This document shows, piece after piece, positions 1-9,373 of a stretch of DNA of 48,079 bases. The position numbers and the translations under genes were made by a program. Source of the DNA: a virus. Lineage: Duplodnaviria > Caudoviricetes. The stretch covers positions 1 to 48,079 of the IMG/VR virus record IMGVR_UViG_3300044970_000959, one strand, 5' to 3'. Numbering within the stretch: position 1 is the first letter of the stretch; every line of letters begins with the position of its first letter. Below the pieces are notes generated by a model. That model worked only from the letters and a program-made list of their open reading frames with translations. It was not told the origin of the DNA and ran no database searches.

Positions 1-109
1 CGAAGTGTGCGACCGGATGCTGGCCGGCGAGGATTCTTACGTCTACGCCGGGTACAGCGGCTTCAAGCCGTCGCCTATGCCCGACAACTGGCTGCGGGGG
101 ATTCTCTGA
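1..109 (+). CDS. C-terminal end of papain-like (C1) peptidase, continued from window end
   Basis: Frame 2 reads EVCDRMLAGEDSYVYAGYSGFKPSPMPDNWLRGIL*; its TGA overlaps the next ATG (TGATG at 107-111) and it continues ...NCSFWSD from 48079. Confidence 0.8.
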   Translation, partial: EVCDRMLAGEDSYVYAGYSGFKPSPMPDNWLRGIL

Positions 110-360
110 TGCGTTTCCTGTTGGCATTTATGTTCGTGATGGTTGGCTGCGTTGCTACGCTGCCTGGCGATAGCAGCGTCACCGCTGACCTGGCTGCGGA
201 GACGGCCCGCATGGTCGTGCAGATGCGGCAGGAGATCCCGCCGACGCCTGCGCCGCCGAGTGACGGGAAGTGCACGAACTGCGAAGGACGTGGATACGTT
301 GGTGATGGTCGAGTCAAGGTGAAGTGCCAGCCGTGCGACGGGACAGGGAAAGCGAAATGA
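109..360 (+). CDS. Putative lipoprotein with DnaJ-type CxxCxGxG zinc finger
   Basis: MRFLLAFMFVMVGC signal/lipobox-like start; CTNCEGRG and CQPCDGTG repeats; translational coupling on both sides. Confidence 0.75.
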   Translation: MRFLLAFMFVMVGCVATLPGDSSVTADLAAETARMVVQMRQEIPPTPAPPSDGKCTNCEGRGYVGDGRVKVKCQPCDGTGKAK

Positions 361-707
361 CCATCCACGACCTCGACTCATACGTCTGGGAACGACTGCC
401 GAGGCTCCAGCGGACGCTCGCGGGACGCTACATCGTCGGCCGCGTTGTCCGCCGTGCTGTCCGCACGTGGCCCGTGCCGGTGCTCGAACAGTGCAACTCT
501 GGCGAAGCCGAGGTTGTCGGCGTCCATCTGGCTCGCAGCCTGGAGCGTCAGGCCCGCCAGGAGTTCGGCGTGGGCATCCTGCTCACGCTCGTGTTGTCGG
601 CGGTCATTTCCGAGGTCGTGAAAATCCTCGTCCGTTGGTGGCTTGAGCGGCAGGAGAATCAGGCCGACATGCGGGTTCTAGTTCGAGAGGCTTCGCACCA
701 TGACTGA
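357..707 (+). CDS. Hypothetical membrane protein (lysis region)
   Basis: ATGA overlap at 357; hydrophobic GILLTLVLSAVISEVVKILV segment. Confidence 0.7.
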   Translation: MTIHDLDSYVWERLPRLQRTLAGRYIVGRVVRRAVRTWPVPVLEQCNSGEAEVVGVHLARSLERQARQEFGVGILLTLVLSAVISEVVKILVRWWLERQENQADMRVLVREASHHD

Positions 708-930
708 CGCCGCACGTGAGACGATGTTCGACCTGCTGTCGAAGTACGGCTTCCCGTCCCTGGTAGCCGTGTTTCTGGCATGGTTCATCCGCACCGACCT
801 GCTGGTGCCGCTGCTTGACGAGCACCGTACTACAGTCAAGGAACTGCGGGAGACGCAGAAAGAGATTGCCAAGGCGATCACCGAGCAAACGAAGCTGCTC
901 TACGCGATGCAGCCGAAAGCGGAGAAGTAA
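700..930 (+). CDS. Holin-like small membrane protein
   Basis: 76 aa; one N-terminal TM helix (YGFPSLVAVFLAWFI) followed by a charged coiled coil. Confidence 0.55.
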   Translation: MTDAARETMFDLLSKYGFPSLVAVFLAWFIRTDLLVPLLDEHRTTVKELRETQKEIAKAITEQTKLLYAMQPKAEK

Positions 931-933
931 CCC

Positions 934-1248
934 ATGGCATCCTACGACCAGACGCCCGGGACGCTGAACCTGTCCTTTGCTCGCGGCGATGACTTCTCGA
1001 CGCTCATCGACTTCTCGATTGGCATGGCTGGCTACACCGTCACGGCTGGCATGACCTCATTGGTGAGCCACACAGAGGTTCAGCCGTTCGCGGTGTCGTT
1101 CGTTTCGGCGACCGCTGGCCAGGTGAATATCAGCCTGACCGACGCACAGACGGCGGCACTGGCTCGCGGCACATACGGCTGGCAGATGCGATGGACTGAG
1201 AACAACGCCACGCGAACGGCTCTCACCGGGGTTGTCGAGGTACTCTGA
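934..1248 (+). CDS. Fibre/baseplate adaptor (BppU N-terminal/LtfC-like beta sandwich)
   Basis: LSFARGDDF...[22 protein letters not shown] pattern; precedes collagen fibre. Confidence 0.6.
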   Translation: MASYDQTPGTLNLSFARGDDFSTLIDFSIGMAGYTVTAGMTSLVSHTEVQPFAVSFVSATAGQVNISLTDAQTAALARGTYGWQMRWTENNATRTALTGVVEVL

Positions 1249-2165
1249 TGCCGATCAACGCAACCGTCAGCGGCGGGCAACAGATCACGGCGAGCGTCGG
1301 CGAGACGCAGATCGACGTTTCGGTGTCTGGTGGCGTCGGGCCTACGGGTACGGCTGGAGCGGCTGCGTCCGTGGCGGTCGGCACCGTGACCACGGGTGCG
1401 CCGGGCAGCTCGGCCTCGGTGGTGAACGCTGGCACGACATCGGCGGCGGTGCTGAACTTCACGATCCCGGCTGGGGCGACGGGGGCGCAAGGCGTCCAAG
1501 GGCCGCAAGGCATCCAGGGGATTCAGGGCGTCGCCGGTGCGAAGGGTGACCAGGGTGAACCGGGGATCCAAGGCCCGGCCGGCGTCGCTGGCCCGCAAGG
1601 TGCGAAGGGTGACCAGGGTGAACCGGGGATCCAAGGCCCTGCCGGGGCTGCCGGGGCTGCCGGTGCCACCGGCCCGCAAGGCCCGCAAGGCGATCCCGGC
1701 GTCGTGTCTGCCACGGCCCCGATCACCTACTCGTCGCAGACGGTCGGCATCTCGGTCGGCGCGGGGCTGGCGACCTCGGGCGGCTCGCTCGTCGTGTCCT
1801 ACGGCACGACCAGCGGCACGGCGTGCCAAGGCAACGATGCCCGCCTCTCCGACTCCCGCACGCCAACCGCCCACAAGTCGAGCCACGCGACTGGCGGTAC
1901 CGACGCTCTCACGGCGAGCGACATCGGCGCGGCGGCGGCCTCGCACACCCACTCCGCAGCCGACATCACATCCGGCACCGTCGCCACGGCGAGGCTCGGC
2001 AGCGGGACGGCGGACGCGTCCACGTTCCTTCGGGGTGACGGCATATGGGCTGCGGCTGGCAGCACAAATGCCAGCGACCTGACCACCGGCACGCTCGCAA
2101 ACGCCCGCCTGACCGCTCGCGCGAGGGCGGCTGTCAACGTCTTCAACTGGTCCACATTTCGATAG
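1248..2165 (+). CDS. Collagen-like fibre protein
   Basis: Long Gly-X-Y run ([13 protein letters not shown]...); GNDARLSD and HTHSAADIT fibre motifs. Confidence 0.85.
   Translation: MPINATVSGGQQITASVGETQIDVSVSGGVGPTGTAGAAASVAVGTVTTGAPGSSASVVNAGTTSAAVLNFTIPAGATGAQGVQGPQGIQGIQGVAGAKGDQGEPGIQGPAGVAGPQGAKGDQGEPGIQGPAGAAGAAGATGPQGPQGDPGVVSATAPITYSSQTVGISVGAGLATSGGSLVVSYGTTSGTACQGNDARLSDSRTPTAHKSSHATGGTDALTASDIGAAAASHTHSAADITSGTVATARLGSGTADASTFLRGDGIWAAAGSTNASDLTTGTLANARLTARARAAVNVFNWSTFR
1536..1639 (+). repeat. 41-bp exact direct repeat (1536-1576, 1599-1639) in collagen region
   Basis: ggtgcgaagggtgaccagggtgaaccggggatccaaggccc occurs twice with a 63-nt period. Confidence 0.9.
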
Positions 2166-2173
2166 GAGCAATC

Positions 2174-2557
2174 ATGGCCGACAATCCAGCCTTCGCCGTC
2201 ACGCCGCGTCTCGCATCCGTCAACATCGCCACCGCGAATACCAACCGCGACGGGACTGGGACCGTTGCCACGTTGATCACCGGAGCCAGCACCGGGACGC
2301 GAATCGCTGAGATCGTCATCAAGGCCCGCGTTACCACCACGGCGGGTCAAGTGCGGGTGTTCCTGCATGATGGAACGAACTTCTTCTTCTTCGATGAAAT
2401 CGCGGTGGCGGCGGCTACGCCGTCGAACAGCGTGCAGTCCACTCGCGTGAGCACCACCTACAACAACCTCGTGCTGCCGAGTGCGTCGTGGTCGATCCGC
2501 GTCAGCACGCACAACGCGGAGAGCATCGACGTTACGGCGCTTGGGGCCGACCTGTGA
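2174..2557 (+). CDS. Virion structural protein (fibre-associated)
   Basis: AGGAG RBS; Thr/Ala-rich beta protein MADNPAFAVTPRL... Confidence 0.7.
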   Translation: MADNPAFAVTPRLASVNIATANTNRDGTGTVATLITGASTGTRIAEIVIKARVTTTAGQVRVFLHDGTNFFFFDEIAVAAATPSNSVQSTRVSTTYNNLVLPSASWSIRVSTHNAESIDVTALGADL

Positions 2558-3363
2558 ATCCCGGCATCCTGACCAGCGGGTACGCGCCGCCGCCGATGCC
2601 GTATGGGTTGCTCGGAACCCCGACGCCGGTGCCGATGGCAGGCATTCGCGACTTTGACCCACGCAGCCTGGCCGGTTGTGTCGCCTGGTGGGACGCCAGC
2701 GATTCGACAACTATCACGCTCAACGGCGGAAACGTCAGCGAGTGGCGCGACAAAAGCGCGAATCGCTTTCACCTCACGCAGTCCACGGCGGCGAACCAGC
2801 CGCAGTATTCTGCAACAATCAACGGGCGGAATACGATTACCTATTTCGCTAACTCAACGCATCGCCTTATCAACACATCGCTGACAGTGCCAACGCCGAC
2901 CGTGTTTGCGGTGTGGCGCGTGCGATCAAATTACAGTATCGCCGGCAACCGTGCACCGGTTGTTTTTGATACTCACTCAACTGGTGGCGGAAGGTGTGTG
3001 CTGTTTTTTCTAGAAAACTCATCGTCTATCGTGGCGTTTAGTCGCGGCGAAGCCGGCGCAGGCTTTGCATCAGCGACAGGTGTTTTCGGCGCGACGCTAG
3101 TTTCTGCCGCCGAATCGCGTGCAGGAGTGGGGAGTCTGTGGGTGAACGGTTTGAATCGCACCACTGCAATACAAACCGGACAAAATGGCTTCCTCGGAAT
3201 CAGCGTTGGCAACCTACGAGGCAATCCAAGCCCACTTGTTACGGGCTACAACTTCGACGGCCAAATCTGTGAACTCATTGTTTACTCGTCCGCGTTGCCT
3301 GTGACGCAGCGGCGAGCCGTTGAGCGCTGGCTCGGGTCGCGATGGGGAGCCAATGTGGTATGA
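2554..3363 (+). CDS. LamG/ConA-like lectin-fold protein, candidate receptor-binding protein
   Basis: WWDASDSTTITLNGGNVSEWRDKS start and FDGQICELIVYSSAL...VERWLGSRWG end, typical of phage LamG domains. Confidence 0.75.
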   Translation: MNPGILTSGYAPPPMPYGLLGTPTPVPMAGIRDFDPRSLAGCVAWWDASDSTTITLNGGNVSEWRDKSANRFHLTQSTAANQPQYSATINGRNTITYFANSTHRLINTSLTVPTPTVFAVWRVRSNYSIAGNRAPVVFDTHSTGGGRCVLFFLENSSSIVAFSRGEAGAGFASATGVFGATLVSAAESRAGVGSLWVNGLNRTTAIQTGQNGFLGISVGNLRGNPSPLVTGYNFDGQICELIVYSSALPVTQRRAVERWLGSRWGANVV

Positions 3364-3641
3364 GATACTTCCGCTCCCTATTGGCTGTGTACGTTGACAT
3401 CTGCCGCCAACTGGACGCGGCATATGGCTATCCAAACGCCGAGACAAAAACAGAGCGGGCTCTGCCGCTGGCGACCGATTTACCGTCCGACTCACAGGGG
3501 CGAGTCTATCTGGCGATCTCTGCGAACTACTGCGATTTCATCCTACCGTCGCAAATGCTGCCGGCATTGCTCGCCACCGGTGACGTCGAAGAGATCACCG
3601 CTGCCGAGTACCAGGCGGCGATTGAGCAGCCCATCCCATGA
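3360..3641 (+). CDS. Hypothetical protein (possible fibre chaperone)
   Basis: ATGA-coupled to the lectin gene; 93 aa. Confidence 0.6.
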   Translation: MRYFRSLLAVYVDICRQLDAAYGYPNAETKTERALPLATDLPSDSQGRVYLAISANYCDFILPSQMLPALLATGDVEEITAAEYQAAIEQPIP

Positions 3642-3754
3642 CGCCCCCCACCCCTGCCGCCGTGCTCCTGGCCCACGGCCGCTGCTGCGGACGGCGATGC
3701 GTCAACTGCCCGTATACGCCGAGGTGGGTGGCGGGGGCGAAGGAGGTGAAGTGA
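3638..3754 (+). CDS. Small Cys-rich protein (DUF5522-like), absent from the ORF track
   Basis: MTPPTPAAVLLAHGRCCGRRCVNCPYTPRWVAGAKEVK*; ATGA overlap upstream and TGATG overlap downstream. Confidence 0.75.
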   Translation: MTPPTPAAVLLAHGRCCGRRCVNCPYTPRWVAGAKEVK

Positions 3755-4071
3755 TGCCAGCACGGATCCCGACCTACCGCCCGCCGCGTCTACGCTCCGC
3801 GTCCATCCAAGAGCAGCGGCCCAACGCCGCAGCACGCGGCTACTGCGACAAGCGACACAAGGCGTGGCGGATCGCGGTGCTGACCCGCGACGCGTGGCAG
3901 TGCCAGGACTGCGGGCGAGTCTGTGCCGACAAGCGGCAAGCCCACGCGGACCATCGCAGCCCGGTCGTGCATGGGACCGAGGTCTGCCAGGATGGACGCT
4001 CGCGGTATGACGTGGATGGCGGGCAGTGTTTGTGCCACGGCTGCCACAACCGAAAGACGGCAGGGGAATGA
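3754..4071 (+). CDS. Terminase-associated HNH endonuclease
   Basis: RDAWQCQDCG..ADH...CLCHGCHNRKT; AAARGY motif; directly upstream of terS. Confidence 0.9.
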   Translation: MPARIPTYRPPRLRSASIQEQRPNAAARGYCDKRHKAWRIAVLTRDAWQCQDCGRVCADKRQAHADHRSPVVHGTEVCQDGRSRYDVDGGQCLCHGCHNRKTAGE

Positions 4072-4256
4072 TTGCACACGAAGTGGGCAGCGGGTGCGCG
4101 ATGGGAGGGCGGGGGAAGCCTTGCCGGGCACGTCTGAGGAAAACCCGATGTAGCGATAGGGGGGGGTGGGCGTAGGTAACACCGTGGGGGTAGGGCTGCC
4201 GCCGCCTCCAGCCTTTTCAGCCGCAAAAAACGGCATCCACTCTTGAGGTCAAGCCC

Positions 4257-4760
4257 ATGGGGCGACGCGGTCCTAAGCCAATTCCGACGCCGCTGAAAAT
4301 CCTGCGAGGAAATCCCGGCAAGCAGAAGCTCAACGCAGACGAGCCGCAGCCGCCGGCTGACGGCGTTTCCATGCCGCCGCACCTGGGCGAAGTGGCTGCC
4401 GCCCGATGGCGTGAGTTGCTGCCCATGCTCCAGGCCACGCGAGTGATGACTCGCGCTGATGTCGAGGCTCTGGCCCGGTACTGCGACACCTACGAATGGT
4501 GGCTTGCCACCCGTGCGAAACTCAAGAAAGAGGGCGACACGTACCCGATTCTGAACGACGGCGGCGAAGTGAAGTACATCGCCCAGCGTCCAGAGGTCTC
4601 GATTGCCCACAAGCTCGCCGGGCAGTTGCGGCAACTGGAGTCTGACTTCGGGCTGTCGCCTGCCGCTCGCTCGTCGCTGAAGGTGGAGCCTGATGCCAAG
4701 GCGGAAAGCGCAATCGACAAGTTCCGTGCCCTCCGCGATGCCCGCAAGGCGTCTGGCTGA
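4257..4760 (+). CDS. terS: Terminase small subunit (P27 family)
   Basis: MGRRGPKPIPTPLKILRGNPGK...FGLSPAARS. Confidence 0.92.
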   Translation: MGRRGPKPIPTPLKILRGNPGKQKLNADEPQPPADGVSMPPHLGEVAAARWRELLPMLQATRVMTRADVEALARYCDTYEWWLATRAKLKKEGDTYPILNDGGEVKYIAQRPEVSIAHKLAGQLRQLESDFGLSPAARSSLKVEPDAKAESAIDKFRALRDARKASG

Positions 4761-6327
4761 AGCGGTCGCTGGCTACCGCTACGAACAAGACGCAGCAGAT
4801 CTGGTGATCGCGTTCTTGGAGTCGGTGTGTTGCCACACCAAGGACTCCCCGACCGCGAAGGCCGGCGAGCCGATGCGTCTTTTGGAGTGGCACAAGCAAG
4901 ACGTTATCGAGCCGCTCTATGGCTGGCGAACCGAGGAAGGGCTGCGCCGGTATCGCCTCGCGTACCTCGAGGTGCCCAAGAAAAATGCAAAATCGACTTT
5001 GCTCTCGTGCCTCTCCATCTGGCACTTACTCATGGAGGGCGAGGGCGAACTAGGCTGCATCGCAGCGAAGGACCGCAACCAGGCGGCGATCATCTTTGAT
5101 GAGACGGCTGCGATGGTGAAGCGGTCGCCGGAATTGGCGGCGTCGCTCGAGGTGGTGGATTCTCGCAAGACGATTGTCTGCCAGCAGACCGGCTCGTCTA
5201 TGCGTGTTATCTCGCGTGATGCCGGGGCGGCGGAAGGCCCGTCGTATTCGTTCGTCTTCTGTGACGAATTGCATGCCTGGCCTGACCGCCGTCTTTTTGA
5301 AGCCCTTCGCTATTCGGGCCGATCGAGAAAGGAGCCGCTGCTTTGCACGATCACGACGGCCGGCGACCGTCGCGACACGATTTGCTGGGAGCAGCACGAG
5401 TACGCCGAACTGACCATGGCCGACCCGAACTACGATCCCCGGTTCTACGGGAAGATTTTCGGGGCGAAGACTGACGGGACGGAGGACTATTTCGACCCAG
5501 CGACCTGGCGGCGGGTGAATCCCGGCATGGGTATCACCATGACCGAGGAAGCGTTTGCGGCTGACGCTCGCGAGGCGAAGAACAAGGCGACAAAGCTCAA
5601 CGGCTGGCTGCGGTATTCGCTGGGAGTGTGGACGGAAAGCACGAACAGGTGGCTCGACCCTGAGAAATGGGCCGCGTGTTCGTCTGGGCCTCGCACGCCG
5701 TTTGCCGGGCGGAAGTGCGTCCTGGGGATGGACTTGTCGAAATCGACCGACTTGTCCGCGATGGTCGCTCTCTACCCGTGCGAGGGTGACGAGTTCGAGG
5801 TGGATGCGATGTTTTGGGCTCCCCGCGACCTCATCATGGAGCGGGAGCGAACTGACCGCCAGCCGTTTCAGCACTGGGTGAACCAGGGCTATATCACGGC
5901 GACCAGCGGGAACATCATCGACCACTCCCAGATTCGTGAATACGTCTTGGAATACGCCAAGACGCACGACGTGCAGGAGGTCTTCATGGACCTCTCGGGG
6001 GCTGTGCAGTTGGCGGTGGAACTGCAAGGAGCGGGGCTGAAGGTGGCAGGATGGTCACAAGGGTTTCGCGGCATGAGTTCGCCTACGAAGCGGCTCGAGT
6101 CGCTAGTCCTGCAATCCAAGATCCGGCATGGCGGGAATCCCGTGCTGTCTTGGATGGCTGCGAACGTGACCGTGGAGATGAACGCCTTTGAGGACGTGCG
6201 GCCGGTGAAGAAGAAATCAACGGGCCGCATCGACGGCATCGTTGCGCTCATCTTCGCGTTGGGCGGCCTGGAGTCTTCGAAGATCACGAACAAGCCTGCC
6301 GCTGAACCCTCCATCCTCATCCTATGA
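4738..6327 (+). CDS. terL: Terminase large subunit
   Basis: Walker A EVPKKNAKST, Walker B FVFCDELH, ITTAG coupling motif, nuclease GMDLS and RIDGIVA. Confidence 0.95.
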   Translation: MPARRLAEAVAGYRYEQDAADLVIAFLESVCCHTKDSPTAKAGEPMRLLEWHKQDVIEPLYGWRTEEGLRRYRLAYLEVPKKNAKSTLLSCLSIWHLLMEGEGELGCIAAKDRNQAAIIFDETAAMVKRSPELAASLEVVDSRKTIVCQQTGSSMRVISRDAGAAEGPSYSFVFCDELHAWPDRRLFEALRYSGRSRKEPLLCTITTAGDRRDTICWEQHEYAELTMADPNYDPRFYGKIFGAKTDGTEDYFDPATWRRVNPGMGITMTEEAFAADAREAKNKATKLNGWLRYSLGVWTESTNRWLDPEKWAACSSGPRTPFAGRKCVLGMDLSKSTDLSAMVALYPCEGDEFEVDAMFWAPRDLIMERERTDRQPFQHWVNQGYITATSGNIIDHSQIREYVLEYAKTHDVQEVFMDLSGAVQLAVELQGAGLKVAGWSQGFRGMSSPTKRLESLVLQSKIRHGGNPVLSWMAANVTVEMNAFEDVRPVKKKSTGRIDGIVALIFALGGLESSKITNKPAAEPSILIL

Positions 6328-8195
6328 TCGCCCAAAACAACCGCATTCTGTGGCTGCCCGAGAGTGACGCCCGGCACTTCGACTATGAGGCGGGCGGCTG
6401 GGGCGGCGGCGGTCGCAACCCGTCTGGGGTGAAGGTGGACGCCGAGACGGCGTTGCGTTCGACGGTGGTGCTGGCGTGCATCCGCGTGCTGTCTACGTCG
6501 GTCGCCGGGTTGCCGTTGCATCTCTATCGGCGACTGGCTGGCGGTGGCAAGGAGGTTGCCCGCGAGCATCCGCTGTATCGGCTTCTCCATTCGCAGCCGA
6601 ACTCGTGGCAGACGAGCTTTGAGTGGCGTGAGCAACTCATGCTGCACCTGCTGTCGCACAGTGAAGCGTATAGCGAGAAGGTCTACGCCAGCGGTCAACT
6701 CAGCGAACTCGTGCCGTTGCACCCGTCGCGGATGAAGCCCGAGCGGATTGAGAACGGGCGGCTTCGCTACAAGTACCGCGAGGATTCTGGCGGCACGACG
6801 ACCTATGCCCAGGATGCGATTCTGGTCGTGCGGGGTATGAGCGATGACGGCGTGAACGGGATGAGCATGGTCGAGTTGGCCCGCGACGCCATCGGGCTGG
6901 CGCGGGCGTGCGAGATCCACGGGGCGACGTTCTTCGGCAACGGTGCCCGGCCGGGCGTGATCCTGACTACCGATCAAGTGCTGTCGCCCGAGGCGGCGGA
7001 AAGCACGCGGAATCAGTGGGAGCGGGTCCACGGTGGCGGGCCGCAGCGGGCGCACCGTGCCGCTGTCTTGCAGGGCGGGCTCAAGGTCAACGAACTGGGC
7101 GGCAATAACCAGGAGTCGCAGTTTCTTGAGGCCCGGCGGTTTCAGGTCGAGGAAATCTGCCGCATCTACGGCGTGCCGCCGCATCTCGTGGGCGACCTCT
7201 CGCGTTCGTCGTTCTCGAATATCGAACAGCAGTCGCTCGACTTCCTCACGAACGGGCTCACGCCATGGCTGCGGCGCATCGAGTCGGCGATCACCCGCGA
7301 CTTGCTGGAAGGCGATGACGAATACTTCGCCGAGTTCGACACCCGTGGCGTGCTGCGGGCCGATGCCGCTGGTCGGGCGGCGTTCTACCAATCGCTCTGG
7401 AACATGGGCGTGGCGAGCGTCAACGAGTTGCGGTCATGGGAGAATCTGAATCCCGTCGATGGCGGTGACGTGCGGTTCGTGCAACTCAACATGACCACGC
7501 TGGACAAGGCGGCTGCGGTTCCCGAGCCGATCCCGGCGGCGGTGGTCGAAGAGGTTGTGGTCGATCAGACGGCTCCCTCGCCGGAACCGGCTGCGGACGC
7601 CGAGCCGCAGGTGGCCGACGTGTCGCTCAACGGTGCCCAAATCGCGGGGCTGCTCGCGATCCTGCAGGCTGTCAGCACAGGCGTCTTCACTAAGAGCGGT
7701 GCCGCTGCAGCGGTCGCGGCAGCCTTCCCGTCCATGCGTCCCGAGCAGATCGACGCCATCCTCGCGGGCGTACCGGAAACGCCGGTGCCGAGTGCCGTGC
7801 CCGAGGCGGCCCCGCCAGTCGAGCCGCTGGGCCGCTCGCTGCCCGAGGCTCGTGCCTTGACGATCAGCATCGACTTCGACCGCACGTTCGCGGCCGACCC
7901 GGCATTGTGGGGCGAGTTTGCCCGCAAGTCGGTCGCCGACGGCAATACGGTCGTGATGATTTCGCGTCGCCCCGAGGAAGATCGCCAGGTGGTGACCGAC
8001 ACGCTGGGCGAGTACGCCGATGCGTTCTCCCAAGTGTTGCTCGTGGGCGGCGACACGCTCAAGGCCGACGCGGCTGCGGCGGCTGGCATCGACGTAGACG
8101 TGTGGGTGGATGACAGCCCGCAGACGATCACGGACGAACCGGCACCGGCGCCGAAGAAGCGGAGCCGCAGGAAGAAGACCGATGGCGAGGTATGA
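6324..8195 (+). CDS. HK97-family portal protein with long C-terminal extension including a HAD-like domain
   Basis: VLACIRVLSTSVAGLPL, FFGNGARPG, ICRIYGVPPHLVG, SNIEQQ, NELRSWENL; then Pro/Ala linker and IDFDRT...VWVDD. Confidence 0.93.
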   Translation: MIAQNNRILWLPESDARHFDYEAGGWGGGGRNPSGVKVDAETALRSTVVLACIRVLSTSVAGLPLHLYRRLAGGGKEVAREHPLYRLLHSQPNSWQTSFEWREQLMLHLLSHSEAYSEKVYASGQLSELVPLHPSRMKPERIENGRLRYKYREDSGGTTTYAQDAILVVRGMSDDGVNGMSMVELARDAIGLARACEIHGATFFGNGARPGVILTTDQVLSPEAAESTRNQWERVHGGGPQRAHRAAVLQGGLKVNELGGNNQESQFLEARRFQVEEICRIYGVPPHLVGDLSRSSFSNIEQQSLDFLTNGLTPWLRRIESAITRDLLEGDDEYFAEFDTRGVLRADAAGRAAFYQSLWNMGVASVNELRSWENLNPVDGGDVRFVQLNMTTLDKAAAVPEPIPAAVVEEVVVDQTAPSPEPAADAEPQVADVSLNGAQIAGLLAILQAVSTGVFTKSGAAAAVAAAFPSMRPEQIDAILAGVPETPVPSAVPEAAPPVEPLGRSLPEARALTISIDFDRTFAADPALWGEFARKSVADGNTVVMISRRPEEDRQVVTDTLGEYADAFSQVLLVGGDTLKADAAAAAGIDVDVWVDDSPQTITDEPAPAPKKRSRRKKTDGEV

Positions 8196-8457
8196 CCACA
8201 TCGACTTCACGCCCCCGGCGGGCGTGCGAGAGGAGGCAGCAAAGGGGCTGGCATGGCGCGGCGAGTTCGGCCGAGGCGGCACGGCAGTCGGCGTTGCCCG
8301 AGCGAGAGACCTGTCGAACGGCACGAACATCAGCCCCGAGACGGCGAAACGGATGGCGAGCTACTTCGCCCGGCACGAGGTGGACAAGCAAGGAAAGGGC
8401 TACCGCCCAGGCGAGGACGGCTTTCCATCAGCCGGCCGCATCGCCTGGGCGCTTTAG
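8182..8457 (+). CDS. N-terminal domain upstream of prohead protease, interrupted by in-frame TAG
   Basis: GGTAVGVARARDL...RMASYFARHEVDK...GRIAWAL*LWGGDPGQAWA; the frame stays open into the protease. Confidence 0.75.
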   Translation: MARYDHIDFTPPAGVREEAAKGLAWRGEFGRGGTAVGVARARDLSNGTNISPETAKRMASYFARHEVDKQGKGYRPGEDGFPSAGRIAWAL

Positions 8458-8541
8458 CTCTGGGGCGGCGACCCCGGCCAGGCGTGGGCGAATAAACTGA
8501 CGCGGCAGATTGAAGCCGCAGACAACGAGGGCAGGAGCATC

Positions 8542-9198
8542 ATGGGCAACATCGAGCGACGTTCGCTGGCGATTGACGAGGTGGAGTCGGCGGTGCCGCT
8601 GCTCACGGTCGAGAGCCGCAGCGAAGACGGTTCCGAGCGGGAGTGGGTTGTCGGCTACGCTGCCAAGTTCGGCGTTTTGAGTTTGGACTTGGGAGATTTT
8701 GTGGAAAGGCTGGACCCCGGTGCGTTCGGCATCGTGGTGGAGCGTCGCGGGCGGCGTCGCCCCCTGGAGACGCGGGCGCTCTGGAATCACGACCCGAACT
8801 ATCCGCTGGCTCGCTACCCGGGCACGTTAAAGCTCACCGTGGACGAGGTAGGGCTGCGGTACGAGTTCCCCGTGCCAGACACGTCCTACGGGCGGGACTT
8901 GGCTGCAAATATCCAGGCTGGCATCGTGCGGGGCTCGTCATTCTCGTTCACCGTCCCAAGCGGCGGTGAGTCGTGGAGCCAGGAAGACGGCCGCAGCGTC
9001 AGGACAATTTTGGCCGTCGATTCTTTGCTGGACGTTTCCCCAACGACGTTCCCGGCCTACCCGGACACGGACGTGAAGGTTGCCCAGCGTTCCTATGATG
9101 CGTTCCGCCAGGAGCAGCGGCGACACGACGAAGCCCGCAAGCACCTTGCAAACCGGGCCGCTTTCTACCGCGACGTTCTGAGGCAGCATGGCCGCTAG
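8542..9198 (+). CDS. HK97-type prohead (maturation) protease
   Basis: GYAAKF, FVERLDPGAF, ALWNHD, GSSFSF, DVSPTTFPAYPDT. Confidence 0.92.
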   Translation: MGNIERRSLAIDEVESAVPLLTVESRSEDGSEREWVVGYAAKFGVLSLDLGDFVERLDPGAFGIVVERRGRRRPLETRALWNHDPNYPLARYPGTLKLTVDEVGLRYEFPVPDTSYGRDLAANIQAGIVRGSSFSFTVPSGGESWSQEDGRSVRTILAVDSLLDVSPTTFPAYPDTDVKVAQRSYDAFRQEQRRHDEARKHLANRAAFYRDVLRQHGR

Positions 9199-9373
9199 TG
9201 GCGATTCGTGCCCGAAGTGTCGTGAAGGCCGCTTGACGGTCGCGTCGAGCGTCCGCAGCGGTGAGTACCAGACTCGCTATCTGCGATGCACGCGGTGCAG
9301 TTGCACCGACAAGCAGGTGATCCATGCGGGCGAGATTCGCCGCGTGAAGTTCTTTACTGGTGCCAACGCATAA
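9188..9373 (+). CDS. Ogr/Delta-like zinc-ribbon protein
   Basis: CPKC...RYLRCTRCSC, 61 aa. Confidence 0.6.
   Translation: MAASGDSCPKCREGRLTVASSVRSGEYQTRYLRCTRCSCTDKQVIHAGEIRRVKFFTGANA

Noticed and set aside
1536-1639. Collagen direct repeat as a phase-variation device
   Set aside because: In-frame duplication typical of Gly-X-Y fibres
8455-8457. Genome-wide amber recoding
   Set aside because: TAG terminates ordinary genes (ends at 2165, 9198, 15707, 19751); only one internal TAG seen and no suppressor tRNA recognised
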